The notes beneath the pieces are model-generated. The model had not been told where the DNA came from. It saw only the letters and a program-made list of their open reading frames with translations, and did not search any database. DNA of 64,000 nucleotides from Lingula anatina. Lineage: Eukaryota > Animalia > Brachiopoda. The translations under genes and the position numbers were made by a program. This document shows positions 53,901-64,000 of this stretch, piece after piece (the stretch's first letter is position 1; the number at the start of each line of letters is the position of its first letter). The stretch covers positions 27,224,401 to 27,288,400 of the forward strand of contig CM120641.1 in assembly GCA_051362555.1 (NCBI GenBank). Direction: 5' to 3'.

Positions 53901-54482
53901 TTTATTGCGGTTACTTTGCAGAACGCAGTCGTTTCAGAAATCGCGACAATTTCATTGTTAGAATTTGATTTGGTTTGGACCATTTTTCTTAATGCAAATC
54001 AATGTCATATTTGATACAGTTGTTTCAGGAGATTGTCCGAAGTCAGTGTATTTTGTTGTACCCTCTACCAGGGTTACAGATTGATTTTCAATAAATATAT
54101 ATAGATATGTGTCTGGCTAGTTCTTAAAACTTTTCTCTACTGTCCAGTTTTAGCATGGAATTTTAATTTTGAAAATTCATCACTCAGCTGCTCTCTAATA
54201 TATAGAGCACTTTTATTGCTTTAGCACGCCGTGGGTGCCATGGGAGGCGGCCAGCAATTGGCCAGTCCAGGTAGCTGTATGGAGCACTTCCGGATCAACC
54301 CATACATCGAATGTAACAGCCGCGGAGAATGCCACTTCTTCAGTGACAAGTACAGCTTTTGGTTGGTGTCAGTAAACGAAGATGAAGTCAGGCGTACTTT
54401 TGACAATATGAAAGGGAAAATATTAAAAGCTGGCTCATGGATGACAAAAGTCAGCAGGTGCATAGTATGCGCAGTTGGCTAA
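38565..54482 (+). CDS. Short type IV-like collagen chain with C-terminal NC1 (two C4 repeats), ~951 aa
   Basis: 24 phase-compatible GT-AG exons: 38565-38628, 42734-43014, 43658-43852, 44151-44318, 44634-44693, 45043-45177, 45479-45523, 45757-45882, 46185-46229, 47087-47149, 47337-47393, 47799-47817, 48055-48104, 48311-48364, 48697-48765, 49123-49219, 49558-49671, 50259-50387, 51123-51317, 51613-51810, 52143-52289, 52679-52850, 53720-53834 and 54225-54482 (2856 nt). Signal peptide, interrupted Gly-X-Y repeats, and NC1 motifs [34 protein letters not shown] and SRCIVC. Confidence 0.88.
41746..41794. repeat. (CT)n microsatellite; others are (TAA)n ~23069-23107 and ~45984-46019, (GT)n ~39907-39930 and ~50888-50926, (CA)n(GA)n ~61924-61976
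   Basis: Directly visible in the sequence. Confidence 0.9.
47166..47310 (-). mobile_element. Dispersed repeat ending in a (TTA)n tail, possibly a SINE/LINE 3' end; inverted copy at ~55394-55520
   Basis: GGTTAGGGTTAGCCTGACCTAAGT...TCTAGGGCGAGG...ACCTGTACAAAT...GACTCTCTGTCACGTTACA is the reverse complement of the 55394-55510 segment. Both copies abut TAA/ATT-rich runs. Confidence 0.6.
49734..49942. mobile_element. TTAA-flanked MITE
   Basis: TTAA|GCCCTCTTTACACTG...CAGTGTAAAGGGGGT|TTAA. Confidence 0.75.
50520..50664. mobile_element. Foldback MITE
   Basis: CTCTGATACTGGAACTTACATTAGCAACTGG is inverse to CCAGTTGCTAATGTAAGCTCCAGTATCAGAG. Confidence 0.8.
51400..51490. repeat. Pure A/T tandem repeat (~20-bp unit AATTAAATTTAATTTAAAAA)
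   Basis: Directly visible in the sequence. Confidence 0.8.
52924..53360. mobile_element. Nested Tourist/Harbinger-like MITE pair (inner copy 52995-53209)
   Basis: The outer element is flanked by ATA/ATA and the inner by TAA/TAA. Both share CATTC(C/T)CA..GAT termini and the same internal sequence. Confidence 0.75.
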
Positions 54483-57376
54483 TGTCTGAGATTAGTATAT
54501 CCATCACTTAAAAGTAATGAATTGAGGAAAAACACAAGTAGCGTTTGAAATTCAGACTTTAAAAAATTTACCCATAAAACTCTTTATGAAACATTATATA
54601 TAAATATATATGGGAGATGCCGATATAGTATTAATCATGATCTTGAAGGTTACATTTGATTCTTAAATTGTAAGTAACCAACTGATTTTTTTATTGAGTT
54701 ATTGAATGAATTTGCATTGATTTATGAATATCAACTTATGTGTGATATGTGCCGTGCATCATCAATGCTCCAGACACTGCCATTACTTATTATTTAGGCG
54801 TTAAGAGCTGATCCACTTTCATTTGTTGATAGTGAATAATCTGTAGTTATCTGTGAAAGCATATTTGTTTTTCTCATGTTATCCTTAGTATCTACATGTA
54901 TGTTATCTTTTTGTACCAGCGATTCGAACGGTAAATGTATTTTTATGACAGCCTTACTGCAGTTGGCGAATATTTTTTAAAGGTGATTGTCTTGAGGTTG
55001 ATTTAATATTTACTGTGAAATATAACAAAAATAATTGCAATGCAGGAAGGGAAATTATTATTATTATATAAAGTATTATGGCATTTAGAAGTAGCAGTAT
55101 TCTACAAGTGAAAAATCTTGATGTAACAACTGTGAGATCGCGGTGACGAGCGTGGGAGTAACCTTGAAAAAATTGCGCAAAACCCCGTTTGGGCGGAACG
55201 GATGTGATGGATTGTAAATGCAACTGTACATACCAGACTACATGTCATCGAAGGTGGCATGAGGAACACCGCTAACATTGGCCTGTCCATATTCAAGTAT
55301 AGGGAAAGGAGGTGGCGAGTTCAAATTACCAATATTCCTTACCTTGTGCTAGTTTTCTTAGGCTTCTTCCAAACTGGGGTAGACAGGCCTCCCTGGTGTA
55401 ACGTGACAGAGAGTCCCCCATATAGTAAGAGACTCTGCTTCCTATTCATTTGTACAGGTAATCCTCGCCCTAGATTATGGCCTACTTAGGTCAGGTTAGC
55501 TCTAACCATTATAATTATAATTAATGGGCGGACTTTCTATTACACGACCCCTCAGTTACACCGGTTATGAGCACTACCACTGTTTCCACACGAATTAGGC
55601 GAATTCACCTCGTGAGCTTGCTTGGTGGTCACGATAACCTAACAACCTAAGAGTTGACTAAAGAGTTGACGAGGGATTTGAGAAAAGTACTCTTCTTAGC
55701 GTTTCCACACCCACCTTGCCTGGCGACAACCACTGACTATTCACTCTTGAAAGAGAGTCTCCAAATTAGATAAAGAGACGACGAGTATCAGTTGCTTCAG
55801 TTTTACTTATTCATATATGCCCACTTGTCTTTTTTAAGTGAAATAAAATTTCCGTGGAAACTGGACATAAAGTAATTTCATCGTTACTCCCCCCGTATCG
55901 TTACTTCCCTGCATCGTTAACCCTCCACCCCCTATAGTATAATCATGGTATTACCAGCATATATAAGCCCCCACCTCCCCCGAAATGATATGGGTAATGA
56001 TGCTAGGAGAAAAACGTTGTACAACACTCTGTAATACTCTATACTGTCTGTTTCTGTTTTGTGCTCATTATTTTCATCTTTATGCTATTCAGGCTGCAGT
56101 AGTTTGTTGTTCAATTAAAAAATTTCAATCGGCTATCCTTGGTGTAAAATCTGGGCGTTAACCATTATCATTTATCTTGTATTTAGCGTCATGATACAGT
56201 TTTTGTATGGTTCATAGGGCTATGCATATTAAATGCCGGAATTTAAGTGGAACGTCTATTTATTTGAAGCTGTGCAGATACCCTGATACCGGGTATAATG
56301 TTACACGCATCGCTGGGTTTTGAAAAATAATTTGAAATTTGTATAAGGTTAAGTAACGAAGAACACTCTTTAAATTTTGGGGGTCTGTCCCTCTCTCTCG
56401 CACGCGTTCTGAACACACATAATTATTCAGTTGTGGAAAAAGAACACACCTGACAACCACGTACAAAATCGAAATAAAAACTCTCTGAGATTCGGATAAG
56501 ATAGATGTTTAGATGATATTTTACAAATGTATCAAATGTACAAATTCTCATAGCTCACATCTTTTAAGATGCACAGTTAAAACCGTGCATTCACAGCGTA
56601 CCAAATTGTCTTTGTGCAAAAAGCTTGAGTGATATACTAAACTACTCTTTCTTTCGATCCACAATTGTGCTTGCTGTCCCGAAAATACAGTCACAACAAG
56701 TGCAACTAAAGGCACATCTACGTCGCAACAGTACAATTCACTGTAAAATGACCAGGGGGACCAATAAATACATAAACCCACCCTGAATTGAAAATTTAAA
56801 AAATAAACAAACGAAGACAGTAAAGGCGATGTCGTGTCTTCAAGACACGATATGATACACCAAACAATGAGTGAAATACGCTTTGAAAAATAATGAAAAT
56901 ATTAATTAAAAATCTCTTTTGGAATGAAGACAAGTTTCATGGTTACGTTGACAGGTCTATAAATGTTGGATATAAACGAGCATCCGTAACAGATGGAAAA
57001 CACTTTGATATGACCTCCGTACTCAGTCTTACTTAGGTAGCTGATGTGGAACCATGTGAAACTGAATAACCCATCTCATCATCTTCAGTCATACAGCATA
57101 ATACTGATTCTTCTGGGAATTCCTAGTGTGACCCTTATGAAAATGCAAAAATGAGACGTTTCCGTTACCCTTGCGAGAGTGCACTGGGCAGTTACCCTCA
57201 TAAACCGCGCCCTCGGTGAACCACGCTGACCATAAAGATTATACTCCAGATATACCCAAATACATCCGTTAAGACTTTGACAATGGTCTGTTACCATCAG
57301 TTATAACATAGTTTGCGGTGGACTTGACTGGACTTGGGAGTTTTGTATTGAAGTTTGGTCTCTAAAACGGTGTTAT

Positions 57377-60300
57377 TTAAAGCACACCTAGTATCGGAGA
57401 AGACGGCTGGTTCTCACGGTGTTGTGGCGCATGCTGGTTGCCTACTTGTTCGTACGGTGGAGGCCCCTCATCGTTTGGTGCAATTTCTTGGTTCATGCTT
57501 TCAACATTGGGAGGTTGATCCCTTTGTGACCCCCGATCCCCCTGAGGCGCCCTGCCTCTTGGAACCACGCCAGAATGGTCTGGTTCATCATTACGTCCGT
57601 CATGGGTGTCGTCTGGCAGTTCTGTGAGACGTATCGTGTCGTCAGGCTCTTTAGTTTTCTTAATACGTGGTTTATGTTTCTCTTTTTCTACTTCGTTGTG
57701 TTCATTATCAATAGTCTCGCTGTAGGGAGAAACATCCGTGAGTGGAAACAGAGGAACCGTTTCCTGGAAATTTGTGCTGTGATTATAACACTGTTCGGAG
57801 TTAGGGTTGGCCTCTACATCCGGGTGCATTGCAGGGAGTGCATATCTAGGCATCGTCACGTCTGGTCCTGGGGGGCGCTCGTATCGCAGCTCCCTTAACT
57901 TTCTGCGCCTCTTGTGCACCGGAGGAGGACGTTGCATACGTCTCTCTTTGAGTCCTTTTCCTTTAAAGCACAGACAACTTTCGTAAAATGACGCAAAAAG
58001 AAAACAGCCGACTACCATCGCTAGGGCTCCTATTAGACAGGCCACGATGAGTCCAACTGGAAGGCTGGAAAAGAAACGTATGCCAAATTGGTAATATTCC
58101 AAAATAAAATGTATTCTTTTTTATATGATGTAAATTAAATCATGGATGACAAAATATCTTTATGCAAAGTTAACTTAATTAAAAAAATGTACATTTAATA
58201 GTATTATTTCAAAATTTCATTTCTTTAAACACCAACGATCGAAAGTAAATTATGAGAAAGAAACAAAAATGTTTTGAATTACAAATATGAAAATGATTTT
58301 TTTCTTTTTAGGTAACTTAGAATATTCAAACTAAACAAAGTAAATGTCGGTCTCAAAACACTCAACATACAACCTCATGTGCCACTTGTAGCGAAATAAA
58401 CAAACTATACTCACTAATTAGACTTTGGATTAAGGTGGTTTTTGCAGCTATCTTGGTCTACTTGTTTGCTGAATTCTTTACAGCAGTATCTTCTAAAGCA
58501 GCCACCACAACAGACCTCGATGTCAAAACTCTTTTTCGTTTCATTGTAGTACGAAGGGCAGTCAATTCTCGGCACGACGTTCTCGTCATGGTCATAGTAT
58601 TGTAGACATAGGGTGGAGCTTTGAGTGCACAACACACCTGTAAAAATAATAAAATAAACACATGAAAATTTTTGACTTGTAAACAGAAGCCAGTTTCAGT
58701 TTGCACTTGCAAAGGACCTTGCTTAGGGTCTACGCAACCATAAAAGATACAAATATGGCTAGCAAAAGCTACCGGGAGTTTGATACAATAAACCTAACCC
58801 TACAACATAATGAACGCCTTTTCGAGAATATTTCGAAATATAATAAATGGATAACATAATGAAGAGGTGATAATCGCTAATTACAGATACCACTTACACC
58901 CAACGCCTCGTTTTAACAATTTATATTGAAAATATAAAGTTAATTTTTAATCAAGATCAGTTATTAAAGCGGTGCTCTTTATGTGGTTTCGACGTCCATA
59001 ACATAACCCCATAATTAAGAATGGAGGTAGAAAAAGTAAATGCTTAAATTGTGTTCTAAAATACTATTTCACCCGATGTTATGTTTTTGACTTTAAATAT
59101 TAGCACAGCGCCAAAGGCATATATGAATAGGGCCATTATCAAAATGGCGTCATTTATTGCAATTTGTTATCCAACAACAAATAAATGAGAAATTTAACTT
59201 AATTGAAATGAATAGGGGATGACATAAAACTATATGATAGTTCAAATGTAAGGCGCTAGTATACCTGCTGTCATTAATTATCTGATCGCCTAAGTAAACA
59301 CTTACCAAACAAATTATTTGGTGTTTAAAATGTAATCATGAAGCTGTCAAACAGATGGCAAACAAAATTCGGTCCCAGAAGAGGGAGTATATCACATTCA
59401 CCTCATAGCAGAAAAGAAATATGTTTGGTAAATGTGAACAATCCTTTCGGTTCGTAGCTCTATCACCAAAGATTGTTATGACAAGGAAAAAATGGAATGA
59501 TGTTTTAGCAAAATGACTTCCTGATAACATATAGTCCAGCAGGCCTCATGTGGCACTGCGTTGTTTACTGTCATTTGGGCTATATCGCGTTTCAACCGCA
59601 CCGTCTACCGTATGCAGACGGCCTTGTTGGGGTTTCCTTTGTCACCATGAACTCTTTGAACATTGAAGCATTCAATTAAGGGGTGAGTCATTCAGTTCAT
59701 ATTGACTTACACCTTAATTCCGAGCTGGTTTTTGGAAACAAGCGGACAATCCCGTCAGTTTATATCGGGGTATGTTTTATGGGGGATAGATTAGGTATGC
59801 CAGCGATCAATTACAATAATAATTAGCTCAGCTAAGAAGACACCGACGGCAATTAACGTCCTTTTAGGAGTCCGTGGTTAATAATGTCCACGGTGGCTCA
59901 GGTGCAAATTGCCACGAGACGTGGATAATACAGGAATTGTGTTTGCTTCTTTGTGTTTTATATGAAGTCAGTCTTTGGTTCAAAAACTGTTAATCTGCTT
60001 CATACTCGTGGGTCCTTTCATTACTACATTTATTCTTGTTTGATAGCTGGTGACAAAGTTAAATGTTTCCCCTGACCCCATTTAAACAGTTCAACCCATT
60101 TTTGGATAAAAACTTCGTGCATAACTCCAATCTTTTGGGTGAAAGAAGCAACAATTAAGGACACGTTTGTAGAACTCTGGGGCATGTTTTATATTAAAAT
60201 GCGCTAGTATTATGCCAAGTTGTTCCAACTATTTTTACCACTAGTCCGCTTTTCATAATACAAAAATTGGCATGGAAGTACCGATTAAACAAGAAAAATA

Positions 60301-61920
60301 TTAATCTGACCAGACACGCTACGAAGCACCTTCATATGAACATGCAAATAGAATTCTTAGGCACAGGATCGTGTATGCACATACAGCACGGAAATCAGTG
60401 CAATATCTAAATAACTCAAGGTCAATGTCATGACACTCGAAGCACCAACAGTGTGTAAATTTCCATGGAAAAACCCTCGACGCTTAAACTTGAACCCTCA
60501 CTACAATATAAATTGGAGATACTTGCATTGTGTCTCCGGTGAGCGTTATTTTTAGGTAATACAATTGAGCATGCACGTCACATACAGGGCTCCGATTTTT
60601 AAATTCAAGGTCAATAACATAATTTTCGTAAAATTCGGATATTTAAAATGTATGTAATTATATGGCATGAAAATCTTGCACTTTTAAAACGACATATAAT
60701 AATGAAAAACACAGGAGTGATTGCAAAGGTACAGAAAAAAATTGAAACACGTGCCCCAACAGGTTTTCGTTAAATACTGGCTTGATTTCAATTTTTTTTT
60801 TTTGGTTCATCATGACATTGATTTACATCGAGTTCCTATATGCTATAAAGCAGAACCTCAACGTGCCTATATAATAATGATATGGCGCTATGCAAAAATG
60901 CCAGTAAAATCGGTTGACCCTGGAGTTATGATATTCACAATAATTGTAACAATCCAATGTATTATACAATGAAAGAAGAGCCGGGATATAACTGAAAGCA
61001 AACTTCAAGTTTTACGTAATGATCTTGGGTTCATTAGGTTTCCAATTATTAAGGTTAATAAGAGTCATATTGATAAACGTTGCGACTGGAATCGGCGGAC
61101 ATTATTTAGACTGTATAACGATTATGGGAACGGTAAAGGCAACAAAGGCAATAGTCTTCTATGTGAATTACATACATGTAGGCCTATACGGTAAATTAGT
61201 ACAAGGAATTTAGTCGAGACATAAACATCGAATAGACGAGACAATGTACTCATAATGCATCTATTTCAATTACCAACTGATCAAGTTATTTCTATCTATT
61301 ACCAACTGATCGCATTAATGTGCTATGATTAAGATATGCATATGCCATTTGAGCACGATTGCAGTTGTCAGTATAATTGCTACATGTGGAGGTTTAATTT
61401 TCGATATATACAGCACTTTATACTATATGGTGATAATTGGTCTCAGAAAACCATCGTTCTATGATTGAATAACTGAGGGATAATTTTGTATTTAATCAAT
61501 GCGTCAACATTATATACGACTTCGTTATGGTGTTGGGTTCTTGTTCGTACGAGGGTAGGTAGTCTGTACCCCCTACCAGGGCGACAGATCGATTTTTCAC
61601 AAGATATTCACAGATATGTCTTTAGATAAATAGACAGTTACTGCAGTATGTCATTCTCTGTATATTTCAAAATTTCCCTATAATATCTGCCAGCCTGGTA
61701 GAGGGAAGGTAATCCGTGCTAAGTCCAAAATGTATCCAGTCAAAGCCGAGGGGCCCAGTTTTTAATTGTTTGTACACAAATGAAGGTGACCCCCTTTGCT
61801 TCAATATCAGGTAGTCTTGTGATAAGGTATCTAGATGCACCTAAGCAGTTGATATGAGCTTCGCGAATGACCCACTTTGCATCAAGGTGGTGGTGTTCTA
61901 TTTGGTGACTCGGGGGACTC

Positions 61921-61982
<62 letters not shown>

Positions 61983-62426
61983 TGTTATTTTGTCTATCCC
62001 ACATATAAACAAACACACCTCGCTTTCATACGCAAAACACATGCACGCACGAACACACACACACACACACATATAAACAAACGCATGACCATACCTGGTA
62101 GTAAAATCATTGGGCCCTATGCATATTAAAACATACGCACACTTGAGATCAACTCCATTTTCTCTTCCCCATTCGTAGTCTCTTATGTAGGTGACTGGAA
62201 CAATACTGTTTCATTGTCGCGAGTGGAAAAATTCCCATGGCCTACTTTAACACTTGTCCAACAAGAATTTCACACTCTTTTGGGAAGTTTATGGAAAAGG
62301 TAACTGAAAAATCCGGGCCATAACCAGTGATTTCGTGTACCTACCTGAAATATATGATATGAAGACAATCCACGAAAGCAATGTGACTGGAAGACTTCTC
62401 AAGACCTGACCTATTGATACGTCCAT
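57377..62426 (-). CDS. Shisa-family single-pass membrane protein, ~330 aa
   Basis: Exons 62426-62345 (signal peptide MDVSIGQVLRSLPVTLLSWIVFISYIS, donor G|GTAGGT), 58637-58415 (C..DCP..CCGGCFRRYCC..DQDSC) and 58064-57377 (TM helix, juxtamembrane CLC, Pro-rich tail with PPPY). Phases 1 and 2 are compatible, total 993 nt. Confidence 0.8.
61569..61705. mobile_element. Small TIR element; partial copy at ~54060-54117
   Basis: CCCCCTACCAGG...CCTGGTAGAGGG. The left end matches CCCTCTACCAGGGTTACAGATTGATTTT at 54061. Confidence 0.65.
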
Positions 62427-64000
62427 CTTTCTATTGTTGATGAAGTGCACCTCAAATACGTGCTAGTATATATATACTGTACACATATAAAAAGTCAAAC
62501 AAAATTTGTTTAGATCAAGTCCTCATTCCGCTGCGTAGGACCACCTGTAGTAATTTTCAAAATGTTGACGGCAATCTTGATCCTAATATCCAGGCTGAAA
62601 TGGAAACGATTTGGTAGTTATCAGTATAAACCTCCACCAAGTGCACCCTCCGTGGTCGACCGTTGAGTGCTTAATGTTAGAGTTAACTTAATGGTCGAAT
62701 CCAGGTGAGTAGCGCCGTGACGTCATACAGGTGTGATGATTAATACGGCCTGGTATTCCCACAGGTAGTCACAATAAGTGGACTGCAGTCCGGGGAGTGA
62801 CCGGAAACGATATTTGTCACTATAGGAAATGAGAAACAATGCGATCATCTTTTATGCTAGGTTTTTAATTGTTTGCTCTAAGTCACCTTGATGAGCAGGT
62901 GATGAACGTTCTTTCGAATTTTAAAGTGAAACTGGATCAGAATAGTCTATATACAATTACACCAAAACATGGCCACCTCGGTCTTGTTTGAGTAAGCAAT
63001 TTTATTTGCTTGGCTTTGAGCTCTCACTTTAACGATTTGCATAGGTGTACAATGAAATATATTAGGCTTTTCCTGCCACGAGTGAGGTGACTTTCAGGTG
63101 AATTATGTTGTTGTTCTATGCAAATCTTTCGAAAAACAGTTCTGCATATTAATTAAGGTACATCTGCTAAACTACGGTAAAACAGATTATTTTTATTGTT
63201 CATTTATTGCACTATTCAGAATTTTTTTCACAAATCGAAGAAGGAAAAGATTGAATTAAAAGTACTTTGTGGTTAAATGTGGCCACACTTTTTAACTAAG
63301 CTCTCTGGACGTACGGATATCTATCTCCTTCCCATTTACATAAGACTTAGGTAGGTCTAGACTGAACTACGTGACCTGTGAAAAATCGGTCAACAGGGCG
63401 ACACTTGTTTGTCGGGCACGGGTTTGATGCTTTTTCTTGTGCCATTTAGTGATCACATTGTAATTAAAAAATCGAGGATTTTAAACGTGCTTTAGTTACA
63501 TCCAATCAAAATTTAGAAGTTGGTTTGAAAAGTAAAACGCGGCACAATGCTTGTTGAATTGAAAAATAAAAACAAGAAAGAAAGAAATAAGTATATACGT
63601 GTATTAAATTACTACCACATTAAGTCTGTCGAACTTTTTGAACGGCTAGCTAACAGTACGTGTATCATTTCCTTGCTGTTGTCAACGCTGATTGGACCAA
63701 TACCCTTATACAGTGTATATGGTCTGCAACTTTTGACGCCAGCACGCGCGCAAAACCGAGTTGCACAAAACCCAACTCATCGCATTATCCATTTCCATGG
63801 TCGAAACAGATGGGCCACTTATTGGAGAGATGACATAATAGTCTTTGAATGCTTCAGCACCTCTCATGGTTGTTACATAGCTAAAGAACCTTATCTTTCA
63901 CACAAGGTACAAAAAATAGCGCTTTCGAAGGATGACAACACAATGAGTATGAAATTCACTTTTATTAAGACAGCGCAACGTGTGCAACGTACGTGACTTA

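Noticed and set aside
62648-62720. Possible tRNA or tRNA-derived SINE (GGTCGAATCC, B-box-like)
   Set aside because: No convincing cloverleaf and no second copy in the window.
63547-63996. 149-aa ORF at the window end
   Set aside because: No recognisable domain or splice context; likely a chance ORF.
1-64000. CRISPR arrays, rRNA, prokaryotic operons, autonomous transposase or reverse transcriptase genes
   Set aside because: None seen. The DNA is intron-rich eukaryotic sequence with only short non-autonomous repeats.

Overview
AT-rich metazoan (probably invertebrate) genomic DNA with spliceosomal introns, so most short ORF-track entries are noise. All exon models were built by hand from GT-AG sites and reading-frame phase. 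(1) 1-22.4 kb: tandemly duplicated genes for a ~1735-aa type-I membrane protein made of three carboxylesterase/cholinesterase-fold domains. Two domains keep a catalytic triad and the membrane-proximal one has lost it. The second copy is preceded by three paralogous first-domain exons (A1, A2, A3). A2 lies inside a 2028-bp, MITE-bounded insertion flanked by a 5-bp target-site duplication (TSD), which split the signal peptide of A3. (2) 24.8-33.4 kb: a 4-exon CACNG/TARP (stargazin)-like gene. (3) 38.6-54.5 kb: a 24-exon, unusually short type IV-like collagen (~951 aa) with a polybasic, Thr-rich, RGD-bearing N-terminus and no head-to-head partner. (4) 57.4-62.4 kb, minus strand: a Shisa-family gene. 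Many MITE-like foldbacks and microsatellites are scattered through the window.
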